Below are positions 1-10,574 of a stretch of DNA of 64,000 nt, piece by piece; the stretch's first letter is position 1, and each line of letters starts with the position of its first letter. The stretch spans positions 78,556,001-78,620,000 of the forward strand of contig CM059432.1 in assembly GCA_030390025.1 (NCBI GenBank). Direction: 5' to 3'. Source of the stretch: Squalus acanthias. Its lineage: Eukaryota. The notes below the pieces were generated by a model that searched no databases, was not told the DNA's origin, and worked only from the letters and a program-made list of their open reading frames with translations. The position numbers and the translations under genes are program-made.

Positions 1-571
1 GTCTTTGATAATACTAATGGATCTCCCTTGATGTTGCTCACAGTAAGTCGGATGATATATTGTTTTATAAGGACAGGAGTGTTATATCATTTAATGCACA
101 ATGTATTATCCTGAAGCTAAGATGTTGCTTTAAGGCTACAATGTCTAATTATTGTTAAGTAAACACTGCTTTAGGTTAATCAGAGCTTAATTGCATTTTG
201 TAATGGGACCATGGAGATTGGAAAATGCTCATCAGTTTCAGATTCCAGGTCAGAAGCACCCAGCTTCAAATGACTGCCTTTCTTTCTTTTTAAAAGATTG
301 TTTTGCATTTGTAAGAAAGTGTGACAGAGAAAATGTGTGCGCATACAATGTAACTAATGAATCCTGCACAGGACAATTAAGAGGTTGCAAACGTCCTGAC
401 AGTGATAGTTTATGTTCTTCGAGAGTTTGTTTCTTTGTACTTTACTTTTTGGTGTGATACAGTGTTAGTGTGACACTGAAGCCTAACAGAGGAATGTGAA
501 GGATAAAAGATGCTTGCTAGCTATAGCTTTTTTATAATATTGCTAGCTAATTTCCCATGTTGCTACTCACT

Positions 572-916
572 GGGCTGGATTTTCATTGACCCGTGGAGGC
601 GGGTTTGGAGGCGTGTGGGGGGTTAAAGTTGTGAAAACTGGCGGGCGGGCACAAGCCCGCCTCCATCCCGCCTCCACGCAATTTTCATGAAATCGTGTCT
701 GCTTGTCCCACCTCCGTCCCGCCTCTAAGAGACGGGATAGGCTGTTAAGGCCCTTAACAAGCACTAAATTGGATCTATAATGCCATTTTGAAAGGCCTTT
801 GTGATTTTAACCCTTGTTCTACGTGAAGCACGCCTGTTCTGAACCATGATTACGAAACCTGGCGGGAGCACATTTGGCTGGCTGGGAGACATATCTGGAT
901 GGATGGATGAGGAGGA

Positions 917-947
<31 letters not shown>

Positions 948-1260
948 CTCTCTCTCTCTCTCTCTCAAAAAATATCTGGGAGCAGACTTAGGACTGCTGC
1001 TGCTCATTTTGCATCCAGGTCCTCTCACAGCAAAGGCCAGGCAGTCTCTGAAGACCTTCAATGCAGCAGCAATGATGACATCATCAGAGGCGACTTTCAG
1101 ACTGAAAACACTAATTGGTTCATGGGTTCCCACATACTGGAACTCAATTGCCCAATTAGGTGAAAATTGCATCAATCTCCCACATCCATTTGCAGTCGGG
1201 TGGATAACACGAAAAGTGGATAACACGACCCCAACCCGCCCCAGTATCAAAATCCAGCCC
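572..1260. mobile_element. Non-autonomous Harbinger-type MITE (family B)
   Basis: TIRs GGGCTGGATTTT / AAAATCCAGCCC; 3-bp TSD ACT (569-571, 1261-1263); both ends resemble the ends of 31696-34965; internal (CT)n tract ~916-966. Confidence 0.85.
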
Positions 1261-1337
1261 ACTGTGTCCGTTGTGTTTAAGCATGGAAACATGAAGCACA
1301 ATAGTCTTCTTCTACTAAAGTGCAGGTTTGGGGCTCG

Positions 1338-1378
1338 GGGCGCTAACGGGAAGCGCAAAGCAACCAAATTTTTTCCCC
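1338..1378. mobile_element. Isolated Harbinger family A terminus
   Basis: GGGCGCTAACGGGAAGCGCAAAGCAACCAAATTTTTTCCCC matches the ends at 48357-48396 and 53966-54005; followed by ATA. Confidence 0.75.
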
Positions 1379-1556
1379 ATAGTGTCTCTGTCCTTCATTT
1401 GTTATACCTACATATATTACATTTTTGGCGACGAAAATGGGATCCCAAAGCCATTTTTAAGGGTCATGGAAGGACACATTGTTCAACCTTCCAGTGGAAA
1501 AGTTTAAGGTACACAGGTAGCGTGCTGAGTCACTGTTTGACAGGATTGGGACAATC

Positions 1557-2420
1557 ATGGCTGCGCCTACGGGATTCATCAGAAGCCTCGGCATGTATGA
1601 CTGCGCTCACGAACCATTCAGTTCTTACATTGCGCGGATGGAGATGTTTTTTAAGGCCAGTAACATTATTGAGACTGAAGGAGCAGATGAGAATGTTCAA
1701 GCTCAAAATAAAGTAATTCATGAACGGAAAAAAGCAATTTTTCTAACTGAGATCGGGCCAGATGTCTACGGAACATTGACAAACCTACTCGCACCAGGGA
1801 AAGCGAAGGATGTGTCGTTTGAAGATATTGTCAAGAAACTCGAGGTTCATTTCGATCCAAAGCCGTTAGAAATAGCAGAGAGCTATAAGTTTGGTACCAG
1901 AAACCAAAAATGAAGTGAAATCATGTGTGAGTACGTTGTAGCTCTTAAGAACCTGTCTTTGCATTGTAACTGCGGCACATTTTTCGATTGTGCGTTGCGA
2001 GATAAGTTTGTGTGTGGACTGATGGATGAGCGCACACAGTCCAAGTTATTGAACACACCGAACCTAACGTTTGACATAGCATGCAAAATTGCCCTATCTA
2101 TGGAGATGGCGTCTAAGAACACTAGGGAGCCCCATCCAACTCAAGTGACTAGTGCAGCTGAGGTTTACAGTCACAAAGCCACCGCCTAACCTAAAGCTGT
2201 GAGACTGGGTCAAAAGAATGTCGGTGAGAGTAGTTCAATTGTTATCGCTGCAATGGAAATCACTCACCACAGTCCTGCCAATATAGAAATGGAAAGTGTT
2301 TTACTGCCAGAAGCAAGGCCATATTTCAACAGCTTTCAGAGCTAGATCTAAAGCAGGAAGTAAGAACCATTCTAGTGGCAAAGCAAAGCAGCCAAAACAA
2401 AAGGGAGGCATTCACAATAT
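1557..2420 (+). pseudogene. gag: Gypsy gag (stops/frameshifts)
   Basis: ORF pieces 1557-1913 and 1923-2189 (LRDKFVCGL); zinc knuckles CYRCNGNH..C and CFYCQKQGH near 2240-2325. Confidence 0.85.
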
Positions 2421-5400
2421 TGAAGTGAACACACCTGATGTTGAAGAACTAGGCATCTACAGTATCTATGCCACTAGCGGCAACACTAGCAGTAGTGAGA
2501 AAGGCATCCATACAAAACTTTTGATCAACGAGCAATATATTGATATGTGTATCGACATGGCGGCGGACTGCTCTATCATGAGTAAGGACACATATGAGAG
2601 TAAGTTTAATCAAATACCACTTACAAAGAGTACCGTAGAGTTAAAAACCTACTCCGGAGAAATCCTAGAGACATGTGGACAAATGGAATGTACAGTTCAA
2701 CATAATGGCCAGTTAGTAAAGCTGCCTATTATTGTAGTGAGCTACAATAACAGGCCAACCCTCATGGATAAAGACTGGTTGAGAAAGTTAAAACTAGACT
2801 GGAAAATATCTTCACTGTAGATGCTTCAAAGAAGCAACTTGACACAATGCTGAACAAGCAGAAAGCATGTTCACAGACAGTTATGAGGGCATCACTGGGT
2901 AAGATGCGCATATCCGCATCAAGTCCAACCTGACTATTGTAAGGCAAGGCCGGTCCCCCTATGCGTTGAAAAGTCAGGTGGAGGAAGAGCTAGCAAAGCT
3001 GAGAGATAATGGAGTGCTATTAAAAACTGACAAAAGTGAATGGGCTACCCCGATCGTGGAAGTGCCCAAAGCAGACAAAACTGTACGCTTGTGCGGTGAC
3101 TACAAAGTAACTATCAACCAAGCAGTTGACAATGAGCAGTACCCATTACCTACATCGCAAGATTTGTATGCTGCACTCTCTGGGTCAAAGGTTTTCTCCA
3201 AGCTTGACCTGTCGCACGCTTACGCTCAGCTGAATGTTGACAAAGAGAGTCAACAGTATCTCACCATCAACACAGACAAGGGACTGTACTCATACACCAA
3301 GCTGCCGTATGGTGTAAAGTCCTCTCCCAAAATCTTCCAGGCTACGATGGATGAGATTTTGCAAGGAGTTCCAAATTGCTTATGCAATCAAGACGATGTG
3401 CTGATCGCAACAAGCAGCGAGGAAGAAAATCTAGAAGTGTTAGATATAGTGCTTCAAAGGTTGAATGCCCACAATGTCAAATTGAAAAGGAGCAAATGTG
3501 CTTTTGTGCAGCCCAAGGTTGTGTACCTTGGTCTGAAAGTTGATGCAAATGGCTTGCAACCAGTGAAGGAAAAGGTTGATGCTGTCAACAATGCTCCAAA
3601 GCCACAGAACATATCTGAGTTAATGCTTTCCTTGGAATGGTCCAGTACTACCCACATTTCTTACCTGAGTTAGCGACCATGTTAGCTCCATTGCACGAGC
3701 TCCTCAAGAAGGATGTCCAGTGGAAGTGGACGAAAGAGCAACAGGAAGCTTACGACGCTTGTAAGAGAAGTCTCTCTAACGATGCTCTACTTGTGCACTA
3801 CGACACAGAGCATGAGCTTAAGTTAATGTGTGATGCTTCTAGCTATGGTGTGGGTGTGGTCATAAGTCACATAATGGGTGATGGCCAAGAGAAACCAATC
3901 GTGTTTGCATCACGAACCCTCACGAAGAGTGAAAGAAAGTACGTGCAAATTGAAAAGGAAGCACTCTCTATAGTGTTTGGAATCAAGAAATTCCAACAGT
4001 TCCTGATCGGCAGAAAGTTTACCCTGATAACTGATCACAAACCGCTCCTCGCAATATTGGGGCCCAAATCTGCCATCCCTGCAGTGGCCGCATCAAGAAT
4101 GCAACATTGGGCAGTGTTGTTGTTACAATATGACTACACGATTGAATATCGGACTTCAAAGCAAAACGCAATCGCAGATGCCTTGTCCAAGTTGCCACAT
4201 GAGGACTCATTGTAAAGGAATGAGCCATATTTCAGAAAAATACACCATCCTACGAACAGAATTCAGACTTTATTAAAATATGACAAACTGGGTTTAAAAA
4301 TCTAAAAGCCTCAACGACACAAAGCTGTAAATACAGGCTTCTGAGATAAGATGAGTCACAAAACTGTAAACACCATACAAGCTTTTGAAATGGGAATTGG
4401 TTATTGACACTGAGACAATGGCCTCATTGAAACAGAGGGTTGGAGGTTCCAAGAAGTCTGCAGTTTGGAACCAACACAATAGCTATACCCAGTTTAAAGT
4501 GTTAAAAACTAACACTTCGAACAGAAACACAGAACATTAACAAACCATGTGTCTTTATAATACAACTAAGATGGCTGGGGAAACAATCAAGTACTCGGCT
4601 GAAGTGTTTTTGATTTACATACAGTAAAAGGTACAAACAGAAGACTTTGTAAATATTACATCAATAAATGCACCAAGCAATCACATTGTTTATGTGTTGA
4701 ACTTGGAACACAAGGAGACGCGAAGTCTGGCTTACAAGCAGTTAAAGTAATTTAAGAATTCAATAGGAGACCTTCGTAAGAATCGCATCAAATAGATAAA
4801 TCTGTTATAACCATTTTTTATGATAACTTTCGAACACCTAAAGGTAGAGACAGAATTCTGCAAGTTAGCAGCTGAACTAACAGTAAGAATAGAAAGAAGT
4901 CAACAGAAAGATGACATGAGATAATTAGCTTACATCAACAGAAAACTTCAAAGAATATGCCACTGCAAAAAGAGTATAAAATATGGAGCTTTCAGATTGG
5001 AAGTCAGAAGTCGCTGGAAGGGGCAAAGCGATTCTCAACTTCAGAGGCAGGCGCTCTGTAAGTTTTTAACTCTGAGTCTCGGGGATCAAAAGGTACTTTT
5101 ATTTGATTTTGGTGGATATTCTGGATTAAGAATAAGTAGAAGAGTGGAAATGTAATGAAGTTAAGATTTGAGAATAAGGATCTCTGATAAGAAATGTAAA
5201 CTATTTGTATTTTGAACTGTTAAAGTTGCGATTGACTCACCAACTGTTAACTACATGTCGGTTCTTTAATAAATCTATATATTTTTAGAATCGTCTCACA
5301 GAATACTTCTGTATCAAACTCGCGAACTCAATTTCTGTACACTCTTCTGTGAGGAGTTGCAGAATTCTGGGGGGTTTTCTGGACCCTCATAATATCCGGA

Positions 5401-6675
5401 AGGTTACAGTCTAGTTAAACTTATTAAAAGTGCTATCTGGAGGACGGTAACATCTTCAAGTCGTTCCTTTCCTTTAGGGAGAGATAGCCTGGACCTTTAG
5501 ACCTAATTAAGCATCTCTAGGATTTGGCTATCTCTAACTTTAGTTGAAGGTGAACGTCTGGGGAATATGCCTGATCTGGGGTAGCCCGAAAAGGGCTAGG
5601 ACTAGTAATTATCCCTTCATCATGTGTTGGGAGTGAAGGTGCTATTTTCACGCTCGGTTCAGTTGACAATGATCTTGAATCACTTTTCAGCAAATGCAGC
5701 GTTTGCCAAAATTGCAGAAACAAACCACCCATTACTCCATTACAACCCTAGTCATGGCCAAGTAAACCTTTTCAGAGAGTACATGTAGACTTTTGTGAGA
5801 AAGCAAATGACTATTTCCTGGTACTTGTAGATAGTCACTCAAAGTGGATTGAAATGAAACACATGGGTTCAAATACTACAACTGAATGTACCATAGATGA
5901 GTTGAGGTCTATCTTCGCATGTCAAGGCTTACCTGAAGAGCTTGTTTCTGACAATGGCCCTCAGTTCCGTTCTGCTCTATTCCAAGAGTTCATGAAATGG
6001 AACGGGATCAAACACACTCTCGTTCCACCATATCATCCAGCTTCAAACGGAGCAGCTGAAAGGTCAGTCGGAATAGTGAAAGAAGCTCTCAAAAAGCAAG
6101 TGTTGGAGGGTTGTTCGGGACTCCGCATGAAGCAACGTTTGGCAAATTTCTTGCTGAAATACAGAACTACTCCGCACACTACAACTGGATATACCCCAGC
6201 AGAACTCTTGATGAAGAGGAGATTGAGAACATGATTGGGTCTTGTTCAACCAAATTTGGCCTCAAGAGTTGAACAGAAACAGTTGAGTCAGAAACAGTAT
6301 TATGATAGTAATCAGAAAGAACGCAGTTTCAAACAAAATGAGTGTGTTTGTGTTCTCAGTCCCCCTGGCAAGTTGAGTTCACACAAGTGGGATATAGAAA
6401 CCATAGCAGAGGTTGGTGGAACCAAAATATATTTGGTTGAAATTGGTGATAACATCCGAAATGTTCATGTAGATCAAATGATCTCTGCTCGAGATAAACC
6501 AAGATGTGATCCTGAATCACTTGATCATGAACACATACATGAGTTTGACTCTGTTCAGACTTCAGAAACTGAAGTACCAGGTTCAAACAAATCTGAGATA
6601 GAAACAGGATCATCTTTGAGTTCGGAACCAAAACAAAACAGCCCGAAAACTGGTTCAACACCAAAACCTCTGTAA
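2421..6675 (+). pseudogene. pol: Gypsy pol (protease, RT, RNase H, integrase), interrupted
   Basis: Degenerate protease IDMAADCS; RT VRLCGDYK, KLDLSHAY, LPYG, NQDD; RNase H CDASSYG, EKEALS, TDHKPL, ADALS; integrase HVDF, SDNGPQF, HPASNGAAER. Confidence 0.92.
4211..5619 (+). mobile_element. 1409-bp solo LTR inserted in Gypsy pol
   Basis: Starts TGTAAAGG, ends CCCTTCA; 4-bp TSD TCAT (4207-4210, 5620-5623); removal restores frame HEDS-C-VGSEGAIF; TATAAAA 4975, AATAAA 5268. Confidence 0.85.
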
Positions 6676-6964
6676 GGAGATCAGGAAGGCTCCGCAAACC
6701 TGCTGGATTTGTAGTTCATTTGTAGCATTTGTAGTTGAGTTAAAAGAAAAAAAGAAAAAAAGCCAGGAGTTTTTGTTATGTGGTACATGTAATGCTGGGA
6801 AAGGTGGGAACATAGTTTTGTTGAATTTGAGAGGGGAATATGCACATTTTTTTTAAGGGAAAAGCAGTGTAATGTATTATCAGATGGTTTGTCACATGGT
6901 TTAGTATGAGCATGCTCAGTTCACTCTGGCCTAGTAAAGCAAGCACATGGACTAGCAACTCATA

Positions 6965-7710
6965 GGGTTAGAAATTCGGCTCCTTTGCGCCTGCCGTTAG
7001 CGCCTCCGGGGGGCGCTAATGGGGTGCAAAAGGCTTATCAACCGGGGGGGGCAGGAGTGAAAAAGGTGCCTCCCAAGAAATCCGGCGGGGCGTTGCTAAG
7101 GCGCTACCCGATAACGCCGTGCCCCCGTCAGTAGCATCCCGGGCTGGTGCGCCACCGGTGATGATGTCATCACCATGCGCCACGACCCCTTAGTGCCCCA
7201 CCGCGGCCCCTTACCGCCCACAGCAGAAATTCGGCTGCACCCCGCGAGGCTTCTGTGGGCAGTGTCAGCGCCAGGCTCGCGGGTCACGAACCGGGCCGAT
7301 CTACGCTAAGCGGGGCGGTATTTAAAGGGGCGGTGCGGCCGCGACAGGTGCGGCTGCGACCCATGCCGCCATTTTCTTTTTTTGTACGACCTCCAGGTCG
7401 GCCCTCCGTGGTGTGCTGTGGCGTGGTCCTGGCCGCCATCACGCAGCCCGGCACCGCGACTCGGCGCCGGGCTGCAGCCACGGCACCACGCCGCTCTTGT
7501 GGACTAGTATGGGCCATCGGAGGCCCTGCAGAGTACACAGCGACCCTCCCCTTTAACTGAAGGGGAGGGGCGTTGAATTGCGGCAACACCAGGAAGTGGA
7601 GCGCCCGAGATGGCGCTCCGCTTCCTGTGCAGGGCAGTAAGCCAAATTTAGCAGCCAGGGTGATACTTCCGCGCCGGGCGCTAAACGGGGAGTAACCGAA
7701 TTTCGCGCCC
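6965..7710. mobile_element. Harbinger family A-related MITE in Gypsy 3' LTR
   Basis: Ends GGGTTAGAAATTCGG / CCGAATTTCGCGCCC, flanked by ATA on both sides; GC-rich with TAGCGCC motifs. Confidence 0.8.
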
Positions 7711-7718
7711 ATATTACA

Positions 7719-8365
7719 CCCATGGTGCAGGTTATGGAACATCTCACCATTGAGATGCGGCACCTGCAAAGCCACCTATGTGCCATCAGCTGCCATCGTG
7801 TATTTGCGGGCACCACATCTCAATGGTGAGATATTCTGTAACCGCAAAGGATACCACTCATTTAATGTGCAGTTTATTTGCAACCATGCCCAGCACATAA
7901 TGATGGTGAATGCCAGTCCGATGTGCCAGCAATCTTCCAGCCACCACGTCGAACCCGAGTGGTTGCTCTGTGACAAGGGCTACCAGCTCTACACCTGGCT
8001 GATGACTCCCCTCCGTAGTCCACCACTCGTGGCCAACACTCATATAATGACAGCCATGCTGCCATGCGGAACATCATCGAGCCGACCATCGGGGTGCTCA
8101 AGCAACGGTTGCGCTGCCTTGACCGCTCGTGAGGAGCCCTCCAGTACTCATTGGAGTGGGTGTCCCAATTCGTGGTGGTCTGCTGCATGCTCCACAACTT
8201 GGCCATCATGAGGCCGCAGCCCTTGCCACTATGGATTCGCACGACCACCTCAGGAGGAGGAGGAGGAGGTGGAAGATGAGGAAGGGAGGAGGCAGCCTGC
8301 AAATCCATGTTCTGGAGGGGCTGTCCGTGAGCGCATCATCAGACTCCGCTTCCCCTCAGTGAAAA
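7719..8365 (+). pseudogene. Harbinger DDE transposase 3' part (degraded)
   Basis: PMVQ, CNRKGYHSFNVQ, WLLCDKGY, RNIIEPTIGVLKQRLRCLD, VVCCMLHN across frames. Confidence 0.85.
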
Positions 8366-8564
8366 CCCAGATCCCCATTGCTCAACACTTCCCCACCTTA
8401 CCATTCCTCTCTCACGGAACATCACAGCATCCTCTTGGGCATAAAGCTGAAATGAAAGCCACCACAAAACATACATTGCAAACATAATTTATAAATGATT
8501 CACTCCAGTACTACATAACAAAGTCAACTAATCACCCTTGTGCATTCCCTTCGTATCTGTCTTT

Positions 8565-10198
8565 CGTGTGCCTTTGCCTGTCCTAGTGCTCCTATGAAGA
8601 GCTGCCCCAATTTCTGCAGCATGGCTGGTAGAAGGCTGCTGACTTTCAGTTTTGAGACTGCAGATGGCCTTGCAGAATGACCTCAAGCCGCTCTGGGCCA
8701 AGAAGGCCCAACTGTAGACTGCATCACCCCAGCATGGATGGCAGCAGTCTAGGTTGGCTGGCTGACACGCAACAGGAAGGGCACAGGCGGAGTGGCAGTG
8801 GTGATGGTACGAATGCTGTCATCCTAAGAGGGAACAGCAGGCTCGTGCTCCATGGAGCCGCTGGCACTCCCCCTGGGGTGGCGCCTCAGCAATCCTAGTA
8901 ATCTGTTGGAGGACAGATTGCTGGACTGCTGTGACACCCTGCAAGCCCCTTTCCATACTGGTAAATGCAGCCACACTGGCAGCAGTCTGAGCTTGCACGA
9001 CAGAAGGCTGAGCTTCCACTGCAGCACTCCAACATTGGGTTGCTTCCACTTGTGCTGCAATGGAAGCTGAGACATCGCCCATCACACCCAGCATCATGGT
9101 TGGGTCCACAAGTGCTCTACTGGAGTTGCGCATCACTTCCATCCTGGAAATCATGGGCTCCAAGCTCTGTGCAAGGTTGGAGCCGACGTCCTCCATGCTC
9201 CTTGACAGTGACAACAGGCTCTCTGGCAGGCCTGCCAATGCACCAAGCATTTCAATGTGCATGCTCATCACCCTTCTTCTGAAGGCCGCCCCATCGAAGT
9301 CCTCATCTGAGTCCTCTGCAGCAGAACTCGTGCAACCTCGCCCTCCGGGGAGCTGGCACCTGCGCTACCCTTTCCCCCTGCCCTGGCTGCAGGCCACTCG
9401 TGCCCGGTAACTCACCACGTGCAGATCCCGCCTCTATACTACCCTCTAAAGTATGCATAGTGCCAGTTTCTGAGCTGGTGCCTGCGAGTGTCAGATCGAG
9501 TGACTGTGTCTTTTCTTCTCCATCACTCTCCTCTTGTTCTTCCTGCACAGGCTGGGCTGGTGGCAGTTCTTCGGTATCTGAAAGGAGAAAGGCACAAGGG
9601 TCGGGTTGTGGTGAAGTGAGGGGAAAAAGCAAGAGGTGCATGCTTACACCATCAGCAGCTTGTAAGTGAGAAGAGATTGTAGGGTGAGTAGCATGTGGGA
9701 AGAAGGATTAGGTATGGGTATACCGTCATCAACAATGCTTTCATCCTCGCCGATCACCACGGCCTCAGTGACGGTCTCTCCAATGATGTCTCACACTGTC
9801 TCCTCCAGCTGGGTCAGGATATGCGGCCGTGCCTGTCCCCCGCCTGTTAGCTCCTGTTAGCACCGGTTGTGCACCACCTTGGCCTGCAAGAGAAAGAGAA
9901 GTGTGTGAGTAAGTGTGGTGCAATGTGTTTGAGTGATGTGCCTGTCATGGTTGAATAGCTGGCAGTGTGTGCATGGTTTGAGTGATGTGCCTGTGAGGCT
10001 TGCAACAGTGGTAAGTGTGTGAGGGTGAGTTGAAGCTGTGATTGTGAGGTTTGAGTTGTGATTGATAGAAATTGTTGGTAGGTGAGTGATGGGGGTGTGA
10101 TGCATTGAGCAGCGTGTGAGGCTAGTGGTGCAGTTGGTGGGATATGTCATTTGAAGATGCATTCAATGACTTTGACCACTCGTGTGAGGTCAAACTTC
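8565..10198 (-). pseudogene. Harbinger Myb/SANT-like partner gene, degraded, spliced
   Basis: Exon remnants KKF-DLTRVVK (~10170-10198), AKVVHNR (~9720-9885), last exon MMSMHIEMLGAL homologous to 45363-46429; convergent with transposase. Confidence 0.75.
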
Positions 10199-10574
10199 TT
10201 TTTTTATTCGTTCAAGGGATGTGGGCATCGCTGGCAAGGCAAACCCCGCACTAGTTTTCAGGCCTTATCGATTTTTTTTTAGCTAGTCCCTAGCATCTTA
10301 TTTCTGGTATCATCTTAGTGAATCTCTTCAGCACCCTCTCCATAGCTTTGGAATTCTTCCTAATCTAAGACTCTCTAAACTGGACACAATAGCATTGATT
10401 TTAACTGAGGGTGAAAGGCAAGCGTGAGGCTGGCTAGGATGAGCATCAGGCTCTCCCCAGCTTGCTGATCTGAGGGCCATTTTAACTCTGGGCCTCATTT
10501 ACATATAGCAGGCCCAACTCCCACCCAAACCCAGAGCAAATGATATCAGGCTGGCGGACGGGAGTTGGGCATGT

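Larger units (their letters stand above)
1379..7718 (+). mobile_element. Decayed Ty3/Gypsy LTR retrotransposon
   Basis: 5' LTR remnant ends ATTACA (1421); PBS-like TGGCGACGA at 1426; gag-PR-RT-RH-IN order; PPT AAGGGAAAAGCAG 6855-6867; 3' LTR starts TGTAAT at 6868 and ends ATTACA at 7718 after a MITE. Confidence 0.92.

Noticed and set aside
874..1716. 280-aa and overlapping ORFs
   Set aside because: Read through a (CT)n tract, MITE ends and LTR; no protein homology evident
4211..5619. Captured viral or host coding sequence inside pol
   Set aside because: The forward frames I read are broken by stops with no recognisable motif, and the ORF track shows nothing long; TG..CA ends, TSD and promoter signals fit a solo LTR
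5630..5662. Group II intron domain V-like CACGCTCGGTTC
   Set aside because: Lies outside the insert, in pol coding frame, and lacks the 5' catalytic triad arm
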